A DNA stretch of 64,000 bases from Patescibacteria group bacterium (GTDB lineage Bacteria; Patescibacteriota; Patescibacteriia; JACQRZ01), in assembly GCA_038065255.1 (NCBI GenBank), contig JBBTRI010000010.1:59762-123761 (forward strand). Reading direction: 5' to 3'. Positions within the stretch are counted from its first letter, which is position 1. Each line of letters opens with the position of its first letter. Under the pieces are notes generated by a model. The model had not been told where the DNA came from. It did not search any database and saw only the letters and a list, made by a program, of their open reading frames with translations. Shown piece by piece: positions 21,452 through 32,261 of this stretch. Both the position numbers and the translations under genes were made by a program.

Positions 21452-22793
21452 AGAGTACCCACTCTAACGCCCTGTCAATTTTAACATCGCATAGTGTTCC
21501 CAAAAACTCGTTCTGCCCTTTGAATTGCACTCGTTTCATTTCACGTGAGTTACCACTACACATTCCTTTATCAAACGAGTCAACAAGTACTGAAACAACC
21601 TCGCCGACATAGCGCTGATTTTTTTTGAGGACAATTTCTTCCATTATTTTTTGAAGTTCACACCACCGTTCTTTCTTAACATTCTTGGAAATATCGTCCT
21701 TATACATGCGATGTGCGGCAGTACCCGATCGTACCGAATACATAGCCAAGTATGCAATGTCAAAATCGCAGAACGTATAGAGCTCCACGGTCTGTTGAAA
21801 ATCCTGGTCCGTCTCGCCACAGAATCCTACAATAATATCAGTCCCCAATGCAGTTGTCGGTTTTCTCTTTTTTAATTCTGTAATCCGTTCACAATAGTAC
21901 TCAGCCGTATATGGTCTATTCATTCGCTTCAGAACCGCATTACTGCCTGATTGCACCGGCAGATGCACATAATTCATCTGTTTAGGTAGGCAAAGCGCAT
22001 CAAGAGTATCGTTATCCATATATTGCGGATGGGGTGCTGTAAAATGAATTCGTTCAATTCCTGAACACTCATTCAATTCCCATATCAAAGCAGCGAATCC
22101 ATTCTTTGAATGATCAAAGGGGTTGGATAGTGAAAAATATTCCTTATCGGGTGGATTATAGAGATTCACTGTCTGGCCCAATAATGTAATTTCCTTACAT
22201 CCCTGGTCGGCACGAGATCGAACCTCATCTAAAATATCTCTTAACGGTCGATCTTTTTGCTTACCGCGAGCATAGGGAACCACGCAGTAGGTACAAAATT
22301 TATTGCATCCGTTGCTTATGGGAACAAAAGCCTGGGACAAAGACTGGTACGAAGGTTGGATATCAAGATAATGTTTGTACTCATAGTTAGCAATGCTATT
22401 GGGGTCAATAATATCGCTGCGCAACTCACTTAGTCTTTTTGGTAAAAGAACAATTTCTTCTGTCGGAAAAAAAAGATCAACATACTCAAGACGCTCTCGC
22501 AGAACTCCATCTCGATCTCTACCGGGCATACAACCCGTTACTGCAATAATGACTGAGGGATTTTTTTGTTTCAAAACTTCAAATTGAGCCTGGAGGCCAT
22601 AGATCCTATCTTCTGATTTCTGTCGCACCGAACAGGTATTGTAGATGAGTACGTCGGCACCCTCGCTATCATCAGTTTCTCTCATGCCAATCTTTTCAAG
22701 AAGGCCCTTGATTCTTTCCGAGTCGGATTTATTCATCTGACAACCAAGTGTTGTGAGCTTATACGTTCCCGGCATTGTGCTGTAGTTATTCAT
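21435..22793 (-). CDS. miaB: tRNA-i6A37 methylthiotransferase (radical SAM)
   Basis: N-terminal MTTase domain (YKLTTLGCQMNKSD). Radical-SAM CxxxCxxC (CNKFCTYC). TRAM C-terminus. Overlaps miaA. Confidence 0.9.
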   Translation of the reverse strand: MNNYSTMPGTYKLTTLGCQMNKSDSERIKGLLEKIGMRETDDSEGADVLIYNTCSVRQKSEDRIYGLQAQFEVLKQKNPSVIIAVTGCMPGRDRDGVLRERLEYVDLFFPTEEIVLLPKRLSELRSDIIDPNSIANYEYKHYLDIQPSYQSLSQAFVPISNGCNKFCTYCVVPYARGKQKDRPLRDILDEVRSRADQGCKEITLLGQTVNLYNPPDKEYFSLSNPFDHSKNGFAALIWELNECSGIERIHFTAPHPQYMDNDTLDALCLPKQMNYVHLPVQSGSNAVLKRMNRPYTAEYYCERITELKKRKPTTALGTDIIVGFCGETDQDFQQTVELYTFCDFDIAYLAMYSVRSGTAAHRMYKDDISKNVKKERWCELQKIMEEIVLKKNQRYVGEVVSVLVDSFDKGMCSGNSREMKRVQFKGQNEFLGTLCDVKIDRALEWVLYGTKV

Positions 22794-24612
22794 TGGTCAA
22801 CTCAAGAGACTTTGCTGAAATAAGCCGTTGAGCCATTGCCGTAAACGTTTCATACTTCATTACCAGAGGCTCTTCTCGTCCGCGCACGCGGATTGTGAGC
22901 TCATCAAGATTTTCTTCCTTATCACCAATAACGATCATGTAGGGCATTTTTAACTTTTCTGCAGCTCTAATCTTCTTACCCACCGATTCATTTGAATAAT
23001 CTATCTCACATCGAATACCGCATGCAGCAAGTCCTGTCTGTAGTTTTTTACAAGCATCGTGATGCGAAAGCCCAACAGGTATGCCAACAACCTGTACCGG
23101 AGACAACCAGAGTGGAAATCTGCCCGCAAAATGTTCAATCATAATGCCCAAAAATCTCTCAGTTGATCCAAGAATTGCTCGATGTATGACAATGGGGCGT
23201 TTTTTGGTCCCATCCGAATCAGCATATTCGCATTCAAAACGCTCAGGTAAATTGTAATCAAGCTGTATGGTAGAAAGTTGCCATGATCTACCAAGTGCAT
23301 CCTTAAAGATGAAATCGAGCTTCGGACCATAAAATGCAGCTTCACCTTCACACACTATCGCAGTAAGATTGCGGTCACCGACTACTTTTTTCAATGAACG
23401 CTCAGCAGTATCCCAGTACTCCTCACTTCCAATGTACGTGCTTTTATTGTTTGGATTGCGGACAGAAATACTTACGGTATATTCCTCAAAATCAAAAATG
23501 CGATATATGTCTTGAATCATGTCAAGCATCAGAGAAATCTCCGATTCTATCTGGTCAGCAGCACAAAAAACATGGCAATCATCTTGGGTAAGCGCACGGA
23601 CCCTGGTAAGGCCAGACAACTCTCCGGATTTTTCATAGCGGTAATTTGTTGTTGTGCAGGTATAGCGGACAGGAAGATCGCGATAGCTATGAGGAAGCGT
23701 ATTATAGAGCATCATGAAATGCGGACAATTCATTGGCTTTAGATAGTAATCAGCTTCTTCCAAGTGCATTGGCGGATACATTGCATCATACTTATCGAGA
23801 TGTCCCGAAATCTTATAGAGCTGATCCTTGGTAATATGTGGTATCCATATGGGGAGATAGCCGCGCTTTTCTTGCTCATCAGTAATGAGATTCTCAACAA
23901 ATCTGCGTAACAACGCACCCTTAGGATAAAAGAGCGGTAATCCTGGCCCGATATCATCAATAAGAGTAAATAATTCCAAATCCTTTCCAAGCTTACGATG
24001 ATCTCTCTTGGCAGCTTCTTGAAGAAGTGTTTGATACGCATCTAATTCTTCCTTAGAAGCAAAAGCAAGTCCATATATGCGTGTCAGTTGTGGATTTGCT
24101 TCGTTACCTCTCCAATAGGCGCCAGCAAGCTTATGCAGTGCAAATGCGCCAATATCTTTTGTAGACGCCACGTGGGGGCCTCTGCAAAGGTCAACGAAAT
24201 CTCCTGTGCGATATACAGATACAAGCGTATCACCCTTCGAAGTGGAAAGAGCCTCTTCTTTTTGGTCATCTATCAGAGTACTGCCATATTTCTCTATATC
24301 CTCGATTAATTCAACTTTATAATCCTGTTTTAATGATGTGAATAATTTTTTTGCATCACTCAGTAGCATTTCTTCTCGAACAAACGGGATATCACGTTTT
24401 GCTATCTCTCTCATTTCTTTTTCTATTTTTTTAAAATCATCAGTGCTAATAGGAACGGGACTTTCTATGTCATAGTAAAAGCCATGTTCAACAACGGGCC
24501 CAACGCCAAGCTTGGCACCCTTATAAAGATTCATCAATGCTGCAGCAAGAAGATGCGCCGTAGAATGGCGCATCATCTCAAGAGAATGTGTTTGTGGTGA
24601 TGATATACTCAT
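22786..24612 (-). CDS. thrS: Threonyl-tRNA synthetase
   Basis: HRKLGKDLELFT, class II motifs and the anticodon-binding C-terminus. 608 aa. Confidence 0.9.
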   Translation of the reverse strand: MSISSPQTHSLEMMRHSTAHLLAAALMNLYKGAKLGVGPVVEHGFYYDIESPVPISTDDFKKIEKEMREIAKRDIPFVREEMLLSDAKKLFTSLKQDYKVELIEDIEKYGSTLIDDQKEEALSTSKGDTLVSVYRTGDFVDLCRGPHVASTKDIGAFALHKLAGAYWRGNEANPQLTRIYGLAFASKEELDAYQTLLQEAAKRDHRKLGKDLELFTLIDDIGPGLPLFYPKGALLRRFVENLITDEQEKRGYLPIWIPHITKDQLYKISGHLDKYDAMYPPMHLEEADYYLKPMNCPHFMMLYNTLPHSYRDLPVRYTCTTTNYRYEKSGELSGLTRVRALTQDDCHVFCAADQIESEISLMLDMIQDIYRIFDFEEYTVSISVRNPNNKSTYIGSEEYWDTAERSLKKVVGDRNLTAIVCEGEAAFYGPKLDFIFKDALGRSWQLSTIQLDYNLPERFECEYADSDGTKKRPIVIHRAILGSTERFLGIMIEHFAGRFPLWLSPVQVVGIPVGLSHHDACKKLQTGLAACGIRCEIDYSNESVGKKIRAAEKLKMPYMIVIGDKEENLDELTIRVRGREEPLVMKYETFTAMAQRLISAKSLELTNE

Positions 24613-24614
24613 TG

Positions 24615-25760
24615 CTATTCCTCATTTTGGACAATGATATTAATATGGTCATGCAGTAATGGTGTCCGAGTCACCCAAAAAGGATAGAAACGCACATGAA
24701 TATTACTGATGCCTGGCATATCTTGAAAGTACGATACGACTTGGTTAATCGTCTTGCCAGTCAACGCCCTTTTTTCAAGGGAAAGATATTCCGCACTTTT
24801 CATCTGACCAGACTTCAAGCGAACGGTAAGTATTGCTTTTACGGCCTGCCGATCAATATCTTCAAGACTATACTCTAGGGAATCTATGTCAAGTGGAATA
24901 AGTTGATAACCACTTGGCAATTCCTTTGCTAATACCTGTTCGATATATGTCTTAACAGCATACTGATCAAAAAGCACACCGGTAAGCTGTTCCTTAATAT
25001 TCATTGTAAACGACTCAGCTGTAGCGCCAATGGGCTTATCAACAGACTGAGAAAGAACCTTTGATGATAGGATTGATTTTAATGCCTGTGGTTTAAATGG
25101 TAGTTGGGTCTGCGCCAGTGTTAAAAATTTTTCTTGAAGCGAGGTATCAAGTTCTCCTGCTGCACGATCAATATCATTCTGCGATACTACATACACACGC
25201 TTCACCCCTCCTTCAGCCTGCTCAAAACCCTGACCATAAATGCTGTTTTGCAGCCCGGGCCAAAGCCCCGGTAACGTAAACCGCGCACTACTCAGAGAAC
25301 CGACTTCCCCTTCTTCATCTGCAACAACTGGTATGCGAAAACTCCCCTTTGGCGGTATGGTAGCAAATTCAGTTGTGCGGAAAAGCACACCATCAACTGA
25401 AAGAAGTCGAGTTGTTTTTCGCAATGCTTGTGGTTTTTGGGTTGAATTTATTACGGTAATAAAACCCTGAGACTTCTGAACGAGAGAAGTGGATTCTTTG
25501 GGAGAATAGGTGCCCTGCGCATCCATTTCCTGTGTAATAATCTTACCCTGGAGCACCCCTTGCTCATCATTGGTCACATCTGCAATCCGTACCGTTACCG
25601 TTCTCTCTTGAACTTGCTTCTGCTGTGTAAGAACAATGGTTGCCCAACTGAACGTAATATAAAAAACAGCAGCCACAAGAATAAGAGAAATGACAATAAA
25701 ACTTGTGGCAAGCTTGCTGTAGAATTTAGTCCTAGGTTGTTCTTTATGAGGGAAAAACAT
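24615..25760 (-). CDS. Hypothetical membrane-anchored protein (N-terminal TM, large extracytoplasmic domain)
   Basis: 381 aa. TM FIVISLILVAAVFYITFSWATIVL. No motif. Lies between dnaE and thrS with 9-nt and 2-nt gaps. Confidence 0.45.
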   Translation of the reverse strand: MFFPHKEQPRTKFYSKLATSFIVISLILVAAVFYITFSWATIVLTQQKQVQERTVTVRIADVTNDEQGVLQGKIITQEMDAQGTYSPKESTSLVQKSQGFITVINSTQKPQALRKTTRLLSVDGVLFRTTEFATIPPKGSFRIPVVADEEGEVGSLSSARFTLPGLWPGLQNSIYGQGFEQAEGGVKRVYVVSQNDIDRAAGELDTSLQEKFLTLAQTQLPFKPQALKSILSSKVLSQSVDKPIGATAESFTMNIKEQLTGVLFDQYAVKTYIEQVLAKELPSGYQLIPLDIDSLEYSLEDIDRQAVKAILTVRLKSGQMKSAEYLSLEKRALTGKTINQVVSYFQDMPGISNIHVRFYPFWVTRTPLLHDHINIIVQNEE

Positions 25761-25769
25761 ACATTAGGT

Positions 25770-28700
25770 TTATTGTTTCACTTGGTTTTGAGAAAGTGCT
25801 GCAATCATAGAGTTTGTTACTTCACGAACCTTGCCGCATATGAGCTTACTATCGGAATCCTTACGAGAAAGTCTTCCTTCAACCGCCAAAATAATGTCCT
25901 CTCTCCAAAGCTCTGAAGAATCTTTCAGTATACTAGGAAATACAATGACCTCGATAGTATCAGAGAGGTCTTCAAGAGTTACAAAGAGCATCTGTTCATT
26001 CTTTTTTGTCAAAATCTTTTTCATTGATGCAACAACACCGCAAATGCGCACCTGGGTATTTTCTCGCTGCTGCTTTGCCTGCTGGCACGGAATCACATAA
26101 CGTTGCATGACATCCATTACTCCATGGAGTGGGTGCGCGCTCAAGTACAGGCCAAGAAGTTCCCTTTCCCACGATAGGGGAATTTTTGGATCAAGGGCTT
26201 CTGAAGGTGAAAGTACTAGTGATGCTTTTCGAAACGTATCTCCAAATAAGCTTGCTTGATTCCCCTGGCGTTCATTGTTGAGGCTCTTTGCAAATGAAAG
26301 GAGCTTATCACAATTATACATCAGTTGTCCCCTATCGCCAAATCTGTCAAGGGCACCGCAGCGAATAAGGCTTTCCAGAGATTTTTTATTTAAATCTTTA
26401 TCATTGACTCGCTCAAGAAAATCTTCCAGTGTCGCAAAGGGACCATGTTCTTTGCGTTCAGTAACAATAACTTCCGCAATGTGTTCGCCGACATTTTTAA
26501 TTGCTCTAAGCCCAAAACGAATGGATTCTTGGCTATTGTTTTTGTTTCCAACAACAGTAAACGATGTATAGCTTTCGTTGATATCAGGAAGAAGCACTGG
26601 CATGCCCATTTGCCTGCACTCTTCAATTTCAATTGAAATTCTATCCATATTCTGCTCATCTGCAGTCAGTAATGCAGCCATAAACTCTGCAGGGAAATGA
26701 GCCTTCATATATGCAGTGTAATACGCTATCATGGCATAGCATGCGGCATGAGACCTATTAAAACCATATCCTGCGAATGGCTCAATGAAGTCAAAAACTT
26801 TTTCTGCAAGGTTTTTTGGGACTTCATTTTTTAAGCATCCTGCTACAAATTTTTGTTTTTGCTCTATGAGAAGCTTTGCAATCTTTTTTCCTACTGCTTT
26901 TCGCAAAACATCCGCCTCACCGAGTGTAAACCCCGCCAGGTCTTGTGCTATTTTCATAAGCTGCTCCTGATAGACAGCCACTCCGTATGTTTGCTCAAGA
27001 ATAGGCTTGAGCTTTGGATGAAGATACTCAGGAATTTTTTTGCCATGTTTCCCTGCAATATAATCGGGAATAAGCTCCATGGGTCCGGGACGATAGAGCG
27101 CAACCATTGCAATAACATCTTCGATATGTGTTGGCTTGAGTAGCTTGAGATAGCGTTTCATGCCTGCACTTTCAAGTTGAAACACACCCGTCGTCTTCCC
27201 TTGCTGAAGTAATCGGTAGGTTTTCCGATCATTTAATAGAAGTGTGTCATAATCAATTTTTACTCCTTTCGTATGTTGAACAAGATTTTTTGCATGCTCC
27301 AAAATTGTTAAATTACTCAATCCTAAGAAATCAAACTTCAGCAATCCTAAATCCTCCACGGGATGTAGTGAATACTGCGTAATAACCGTCTTATCATCGG
27401 GTGAGGCATATTGGCATGGCACATACTCCGTAAGCGGCTCAGGCGTAATGACAACGCCGCAGGCATGCACAGATGTATGCCGAGCAACACCCTCGAGCCT
27501 TCGCGCAATTTGTATGATTTCTTTTGCTTGATCGTTTGTAGCGGCAAGTTCGCGTAATTCAGGAACTGCTTGTACGGCTGCATCAAGCATCATGTTTTGT
27601 GGAATTAGTTTTGCCAACTGATCACAAAAGGAATACTGCGCGCCAATAACACGTCCAACATCACGCACCGATACGCGAGCTGCCATTGTTCCAAATGTGA
27701 TAATTTGAGCAACGTGGTCTTTGCCATATTTTTCTTCAATATATCCCAATACTTCATCTCTACGGCTATCTGCAAAATCAAGATCAATATCAGGCATTGA
27801 TACGCGCTCCGGATTGAGGAAGCGCTCAAAAAGTAGATCATACAGTATCGGATCAACATTGGTGATTCTGAGAAGATACGCAACCAAACTCCCGGCAGCA
27901 CTACCACGCCCCGGTCCCACAACAATCCCTTGTTTTTTTGCCCAATTTACAAAGTCCTGAACAATCAAAAAATAGGCTGGGTACCCTGCCTTCAGAATGA
28001 CGGCAAGTTCATACTCAAGACGTTCCCGCTGTATATCTGTTATGGCATCACCAAACCTGCTCTGCATACCATCTTCACACATTTTGCGAAGTTCTTGCTC
28101 TGGAGTCACTCCATCAGGCAATGAATAGGTCGGCAGTACAATTTTTCCAAGAGGTATATCTAGTTCTACCTGATCTGCAATGAGAACAGTATTACTAATT
28201 GCTTCAGGGGTATCCTTAAATGCTTCAATTGTTAGTGAACCGTCGCCGAATGAAAAATCTTCGCCAAGCATACAGAGCCTGTTTTTATCGTTACGGTCTT
28301 TTTTTGTCTGAAGACAGAGGAGTACGTCATGTGCTGTGGCATCCTCGGGAATAAGATAATGTGAATCGGTTGTTGCAATAAGCTTTACGCCCATCTCACG
28401 AGCAAGTGAAATGAGTCCGGCATTCACAGTATGCTGTTCCGGCAAATTTTTGTGGTGTTGGAGCTCAAGAAAAAAATTATCACCAAAGATATCTAAATAG
28501 CGTTGGAGTTCCTCGTGGCCACTCCTTCCACTAAGCACCGCCTGGCCAATCTGGCTATTAATACATGCACTTGTTGCTATGATACCTTCCGAATATTTCT
28601 CCAAAAGTTCAAAATCAACTCGCGGTTTATAATAAAATCCTTCAAGGTGCGATAGTGTGACAAGTTTTAAAAGATTTTTGTAGCCTGCATGGTTTTTTGC

Positions 28701-28973
28701 AAGGAGTATGAGATGAAAACGCTCGTCATCTTCTTTGCCCTGCTTACGGAAACGTCCACGAGATGTGATATATGTCTCAACTCCGATAATAGGCTTAATC
28801 CCTGTTTTTTTGCATGCCTGATAAAATTCAATAGCGCCATAGAGCGATCCATGGTCTGTCAAAGCGAGTGCGCTCATACCAAACTCCTTAGCGCGTGCAA
28901 CAAGTTCGCCTATTCGAGCAAGACCATCGAGAAGACTGTAGTGACTATGGACATGGAGCTGAACAAAATTCAT
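25770..28973 (-). CDS. dnaE: DNA polymerase III alpha subunit
   Basis: PHP domain N-terminus FVQLHVHSHYSLLDGLARIGELV. Polymerase core. 1067 aa. Confidence 0.9.
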   Translation of the reverse strand: MNFVQLHVHSHYSLLDGLARIGELVARAKEFGMSALALTDHGSLYGAIEFYQACKKTGIKPIIGVETYITSRGRFRKQGKEDDERFHLILLAKNHAGYKNLLKLVTLSHLEGFYYKPRVDFELLEKYSEGIIATSACINSQIGQAVLSGRSGHEELQRYLDIFGDNFFLELQHHKNLPEQHTVNAGLISLAREMGVKLIATTDSHYLIPEDATAHDVLLCLQTKKDRNDKNRLCMLGEDFSFGDGSLTIEAFKDTPEAISNTVLIADQVELDIPLGKIVLPTYSLPDGVTPEQELRKMCEDGMQSRFGDAITDIQRERLEYELAVILKAGYPAYFLIVQDFVNWAKKQGIVVGPGRGSAAGSLVAYLLRITNVDPILYDLLFERFLNPERVSMPDIDLDFADSRRDEVLGYIEEKYGKDHVAQIITFGTMAARVSVRDVGRVIGAQYSFCDQLAKLIPQNMMLDAAVQAVPELRELAATNDQAKEIIQIARRLEGVARHTSVHACGVVITPEPLTEYVPCQYASPDDKTVITQYSLHPVEDLGLLKFDFLGLSNLTILEHAKNLVQHTKGVKIDYDTLLLNDRKTYRLLQQGKTTGVFQLESAGMKRYLKLLKPTHIEDVIAMVALYRPGPMELIPDYIAGKHGKKIPEYLHPKLKPILEQTYGVAVYQEQLMKIAQDLAGFTLGEADVLRKAVGKKIAKLLIEQKQKFVAGCLKNEVPKNLAEKVFDFIEPFAGYGFNRSHAACYAMIAYYTAYMKAHFPAEFMAALLTADEQNMDRISIEIEECRQMGMPVLLPDINESYTSFTVVGNKNNSQESIRFGLRAIKNVGEHIAEVIVTERKEHGPFATLEDFLERVNDKDLNKKSLESLIRCGALDRFGDRGQLMYNCDKLLSFAKSLNNERQGNQASLFGDTFRKASLVLSPSEALDPKIPLSWERELLGLYLSAHPLHGVMDVMQRYVIPCQQAKQQRENTQVRICGVVASMKKILTKKNEQMLFVTLEDLSDTIEVIVFPSILKDSSELWREDIILAVEGRLSRKDSDSKLICGKVREVTNSMIAALSQNQVKQ

Positions 28974-28975
28974 AA

Positions 28976-29290
28976 TTATTCATCGGCAGACTCTTTGTTT
29001 TCTAATACTGCCTTCTTTCTCTTAGGCGATTTTTTATATTTTTGGTACATACTACTTGCAGTTTTGATGCCTTGCACAAACAATTGAAACGAGTCGCTGA
29101 TTGTTGAAAAACGATGCATAAATGAATCCCAGCTTTTTGATACTGAGTTACATGAATCTTCAATCGCATCAAGAAGTTGATAGATTCTTTTTAAAATTTG
29201 AATCAAGTAATAAAGCGCCGAGCAAGCAAAACAAGAAACTACTACTACTGAAAATGTGGTAAGAAATGCGAAGAGATCAGCGCTTGTCAT
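28976..29290 (-). CDS. Small hypothetical membrane protein
   Basis: 104 aa, one TM (FAFLTTFSVVVVSCFACSALYYLI). Fits tightly between flanking genes. Confidence 0.35.
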   Translation of the reverse strand: MTSADLFAFLTTFSVVVVSCFACSALYYLIQILKRIYQLLDAIEDSCNSVSKSWDSFMHRFSTISDSFQLFVQGIKTASSMYQKYKKSPKRKKAVLENKESADE

Positions 29291-29329
29291 AGAAGGTATA
29301 AAGCTATGATTAAAAAGAGTATTGATGTT

Positions 29330-30394
29330 TTATAGCCTGCCATCTAGCTCAACAGTATGTTCTTTTCTATCGGAAGTAAGATACGTCAGAGTAATAGCGT
29401 CTTTGACGGTATATTGCGCGATAAGTTCTGATAAGCTTTGGTTTTCATTTATTTCTTCTCCATTAACCTTTGTAATGATATCACCGCTATACAGCGTGGT
29501 GCGCGGTCCTTTTGATAGAAGTTGAATGCCGTTTTTATCTGCAACAATCAATGCTCCCATTTGTGGTTTTTGAGATAGAGCTGGTGTTGCTGCAAGATCA
29601 ATGTAAGAAATATTCAAATCCATGCGTTTAATAGTGCCCGTCCTCAAGAGACGCTCCAAGGAGTCGTGAATATAATAACTTGGAAGGATGTTTGAATCAA
29701 CGAATAGTCCTAGCAGTTGAGCGTCTTCGGTAAAAACAGGAGAACCATTTGGATAATCATTCGACGCGGTAAGATATGCTTTTTCCAGTGTATCAGAATT
29801 TCGAATAAAACTATCTTTGACAGAAGTAGGATACGATCGGCGAATGGTTAAAATACGATCTATGGTTTTACGCGGTATGACAACATAGCTTTGCCGGGCT
29901 TCGAAGGATTGCTCTTTTGAAACAAAATCAGTTGAACCAAAGCCCGTGCCCTCCATCTTAAGAAAATCAACTCCAAGTGCAACATCGGTGATTCTTCGCA
30001 CAATGGGTGCGCTTGATCCGTCGGATCGAACAGCAAAGAGATTCTCATTTGAAGCATTTACCACTTTAGGGCAAGCAATCCAGCCATCGCTAGTGAGAAT
30101 GATACCAAATGACTGAATCATTGAGTTTGTTAATCGCTGTTTTGCTTGCCCAACAGCAATACTCACGACAATCGGATTGGTTCGCTTATAGAGAGATTCA
30201 AGCGTTCCATCGCTTTTTTTTGACACAGGTTGTTCGATAATAAACGAGTGGGGTTGTATATCCTCAAACGATAGAGGTTGGATCGCAAATAACCCCCCCA
30301 CATAACCAGAAAGCAGCGAAACGCCAACAAATAGAATAAATGCAAACAATCGATACGCAAGGGACTGATGAGTAAAGGTCATAATTATCTCCAT
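29330..30394 (-). CDS. Membrane-anchored protein with a C-terminal PDZ domain (possible degenerate HtrA-like)
   Basis: N-terminal TM. C-terminal GALIVADKNGIQLLSKGPRTTLYSGDIITKVNGEEINENQSLSELI has PDZ-like topology. No clear GDSGG catalytic motif. Confidence 0.45.
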   Translation of the reverse strand: MEIIMTFTHQSLAYRLFAFILFVGVSLLSGYVGGLFAIQPLSFEDIQPHSFIIEQPVSKKSDGTLESLYKRTNPIVVSIAVGQAKQRLTNSMIQSFGIILTSDGWIACPKVVNASNENLFAVRSDGSSAPIVRRITDVALGVDFLKMEGTGFGSTDFVSKEQSFEARQSYVVIPRKTIDRILTIRRSYPTSVKDSFIRNSDTLEKAYLTASNDYPNGSPVFTEDAQLLGLFVDSNILPSYYIHDSLERLLRTGTIKRMDLNISYIDLAATPALSQKPQMGALIVADKNGIQLLSKGPRTTLYSGDIITKVNGEEINENQSLSELIAQYTVKDAITLTYLTSDRKEHTVELDGRL

Positions 30395-31149
30395 CTACTT
30401 GTGAGTAGTACTAATAGTAGCATAGCGAGAGTAATTGCGACAGACGAAAGTACGGATCGAACTGTCTGCTCTCGTTTGAGGGTTGAATACCCTATTTGAT
30501 TAATCAGGAAAAAAGGAATTGTAAGAAAAAATGCTTTGGGAATAAAATGAGTTGGAAACCAATGGATTGCAAATGCGCTTTCAACGATAATAAGTGTTTG
30601 GACAGCAGTGAATCTCCAAAACTGCCGAATATCACACTCATGTATCACAAGCTGTTGAACGAAGAAGAGTGCAGTAACTATTGCAAATGGAATAATAAGA
30701 AAAGATAGTTTATACTCAACGTAATAAATGAGTCCAAAAAGCAGAATGGATAGATTAAGAAATGAAATCACATGGAGCACCATGGTAATGTGCCAATAGG
30801 ATCTCACTTGGTACTGCTCCTGCTTATAGAGCAGAAAATAGAGGTTTATCAGGTAGAGCCATTGGAATAGTGCATTACTCGCAATGATAGTATTACGAAG
30901 ATACGATTCTTCAACAATAAACAGTGACGAAGCTGCACTACAATATAACAAGAGTGCCGGAAGAGCATACCATACGATCTTCATCCGTTGAATGTTCTTT
31001 TTAAAAAAAAGTGTAAGTAACGCATCCAAAAGAATTACACCTCCAAAAGCAATCGCAAGATAATGAGATGGAAATGCGAGTCCTATTTTTAATACAAGGG
31101 TTTGGAGGACTGGCAGAAACAAGAGAAGTAGAATTCGCACTGTTTTCAT
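30385..31149 (-). CDS. Hypothetical polytopic membrane protein (~7 TM)
   Basis: 254 aa and highly hydrophobic. Overlaps the neighbouring GT4 gene by 4 nt. Confidence 0.45.
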   Translation of the reverse strand: MKTVRILLLLFLPVLQTLVLKIGLAFPSHYLAIAFGGVILLDALLTLFFKKNIQRMKIVWYALPALLLYCSAASSLFIVEESYLRNTIIASNALFQWLYLINLYFLLYKQEQYQVRSYWHITMVLHVISFLNLSILLFGLIYYVEYKLSFLIIPFAIVTALFFVQQLVIHECDIRQFWRFTAVQTLIIVESAFAIHWFPTHFIPKAFFLTIPFFLINQIGYSTLKREQTVRSVLSSVAITLAMLLLVLLTSRWR

Positions 31150-32261
31150 AGTGAGGTATGGTAGATTTGAGAAGTCTTAAAAGCATTGGTCTTCCACGAA
31201 TACCGACCCAACAATCCCTGTCCACGTGTGATAAGATTATTTCTCAAATGTACGTCAGTATCAAGTTTTTTTAACGCGTCAATCATATCACATGGATTAA
31301 GCGGGTCAATATACAGACAGGCTGTTCCAAGAATTTCTTGAAACACCGGTATGTGGGATACAATAACAGGCGTTCCCAATAGGGCTGCTTCCAGAGGTCC
31401 GAATCCAAATCCCTCTTCGAGAGATGGAAAAAGTGCCGCATGTGCATTGCGGTACAGTATTGCAAGCTGATCATCAGATACATACCCCAAATGCACTATA
31501 CTATCCTCAAGTCCCCTTTTTTTAATTTCTTCAACGACTCGATTTTTAAAATAATCCTCTTGCCCGCATAAGACTAGCTGCATGGGGCTTCCTTCTATTT
31601 TTAGCTTCTCAAAAACCGTAAGAAGATATCCTATATTTTTGTGTGGATAGGCATTCCCCACATTAATACAGTATGGTTTTCGGACACAAGGTGGCAGTGG
31701 TAGCTCCCTACCGCGCTCATTAAGTTGTACGCCTTCGTGAACAACATACAGTCGCTCTTGAGGAATGGTAAGATAGCGCATAATGTCATTTTTTACCGAA
31801 TCTGAAACTGCAATGATGGCTCGCGCACGCCTACAAGCACTACGGAGAACAAAGAGATATGCTGCGTACTTTAATGCATGAATGGATGGATGTCTTGTTG
31901 AAGCAGCACTTTTTGATGATTCAGCGTGTTTTATCATAATCAGATCATGCAGCGTAAGAACGAATTTTTTTGGATAGAATATGGGTACATTAAAATGCGG
32001 AAAATGCATAATATCAACGTTATGCGTCAGAAACACAATAGGTGCAATACATTGTTCCGCAAGAGAATACCACGGGATATCGATGCAAACTTTTTTGAAA
32101 TGCGTATTGGTTGGCATGTATACATTCATCATTTCCTTCCGCAAAAAAATTACATACTCATCATCGGTCTGTAGCTGCTCAAGATGAAGCAAAAGCTGCT
32201 CAATATACCGCCCTATTCCGAGTCCCGCCTTATACAATCGTGCGTCAATTCCTATGCGCAT
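31146..32261 (-). CDS. Glycosyltransferase family 4 (GT-B)
   Basis: C-terminal EGFGFGPLEAALLGTPVIVS matches the GT4/GT1 E-x7-E region. Confidence 0.8.
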   Translation of the reverse strand: MRIGIDARLYKAGLGIGRYIEQLLLHLEQLQTDDEYVIFLRKEMMNVYMPTNTHFKKVCIDIPWYSLAEQCIAPIVFLTHNVDIMHFPHFNVPIFYPKKFVLTLHDLIMIKHAESSKSAASTRHPSIHALKYAAYLFVLRSACRRARAIIAVSDSVKNDIMRYLTIPQERLYVVHEGVQLNERGRELPLPPCVRKPYCINVGNAYPHKNIGYLLTVFEKLKIEGSPMQLVLCGQEDYFKNRVVEEIKKRGLEDSIVHLGYVSDDQLAILYRNAHAALFPSLEEGFGFGPLEAALLGTPVIVSHIPVFQEILGTACLYIDPLNPCDMIDALKKLDTDVHLRNNLITRGQGLLGRYSWKTNAFKTSQIYHTSL